Made by a program: the position numbers and the translations under genes. The notes beneath the pieces were generated by a model. That model did no database searches. It saw only the letters and a list, made by a program, of their open reading frames with translations, and was not told where the DNA came from. A DNA stretch of 64,000 nt, taken from NCBI GenBank assembly GCA_964270895.1, contig OZ185446.1. One strand, written 5' to 3'. This document shows, piece by piece, positions 63,141-64,000 of the stretch (positions are counted from its first letter, which is position 1; every line of letters starts with the position of its first letter). The DNA comes from Podarcis filfolensis. Lineage: Eukaryota.

Positions 63141-64000
63141 ATTATACAGACCCACCATCTAACGCAGAGTGGGTTGATGTATATGGAGTTAACATTGTAA
63201 CTCTTTGAGGAATAGATCACTTGGCTGAGAACTAATTTACCTTTCTACCACTTGTAAGTCTTATCTACGTCCTGTTAGTTCATATTGGCTATGGGGTTCA
63301 GAAGAGGAAGGCTGATAGCTAAAATCAGACTTTTATTTTTTGTTTGCAAATTTTCGCTGTATGTTTTATTGAAACAAGCCAACTAGGCTTGCTTCAAAAA
63401 CTATAGTCATCATCAGCCACAGTTTAGGGTTCAGATGTCACACTAAGCTTCTGATCTCTTTCTTGCAGTTACATCAAAGGAGGCATAGGGAAGAGGAAAC
63501 ACGTGATCCCAAGACCAATAAACTATTGTTTTTCATAACATCTGTATACCACTAGCAGGACTTCTATCTGAACATGCATAGAATTGCATTGTTAATGTGA
63601 CCTTAAGGAAAGTTTCTGGGGGTTTTTATGCTACCTACTTTGGTAGAAGAGTGGGGTGCTAATGTATGAATACAATCTCAAACCTGATTATGTGTTCTAC
63701 AATGTCAACTTAGGGTCTTGCTGAGAAACTTCATAGCACATTAAAATTATCTTCAGGGATATTGACTGTTTCCTTTTGAAATGTGAGGTCTTCTAGCTCG
63801 CTGTGCTCTTCATTGTCAGGAATGTGACAGAAGCAATATACATTTTCAGGTCATCATGAGCCCCTTTCAGTTTTATGGGCTGCAAAGATAGCTGTCCTGT
63901 GTTAGCTTGAGAGGACAGAAACACCTCATTTTGTGAAGGTAATGGAATGCAATGTGTATTGTAAATTCTTGGTGAGGGTTGCATTTTGTTCTCCATGCAT

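Noticed and set aside
1-64000. CRISPR array, prokaryotic operon or non-retroviral endogenous virus
   Set aside because: No regularly spaced repeat-spacer units, no gene-dense region and no viral protein motif recognised; the repeat content is that of a lizard genome.

Overview
Non-coding vertebrate DNA from a squamate, very probably a lacertid lizard such as Podarcis; this is inferred from repeat families recognised from memory, not from a database search. I found no recognisable protein-coding gene, RNA gene or CRISPR array, and the ORF track is explained by repeats or chance. The window looks like a large intron or gene desert. It contains Sauria, Squam3-like and CR1-tailed SINEs; CR1, L1, L2, RTE and Penelope fragments; many Tc1/mariner, hAT and PIF/Harbinger MITEs; several solo LTRs; one decayed Ty3/Gypsy pol; and a few unique AT-rich blocks that may be conserved enhancers. 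I cannot demonstrate a new biological system here. The best lead is a set of mutually dissimilar solo-LTR-like elements that each carry a sense reading frame of the same design (acidic, then P-x-S/T-P, then Arg-rich). In the older copies the motif region is broken by TGA codons where CGA (Arg) would fit, which suggests an accessory peptide encoded in the LTR or read through into it. Coordinates were counted by eye, and those of degenerate repeats are approximate.
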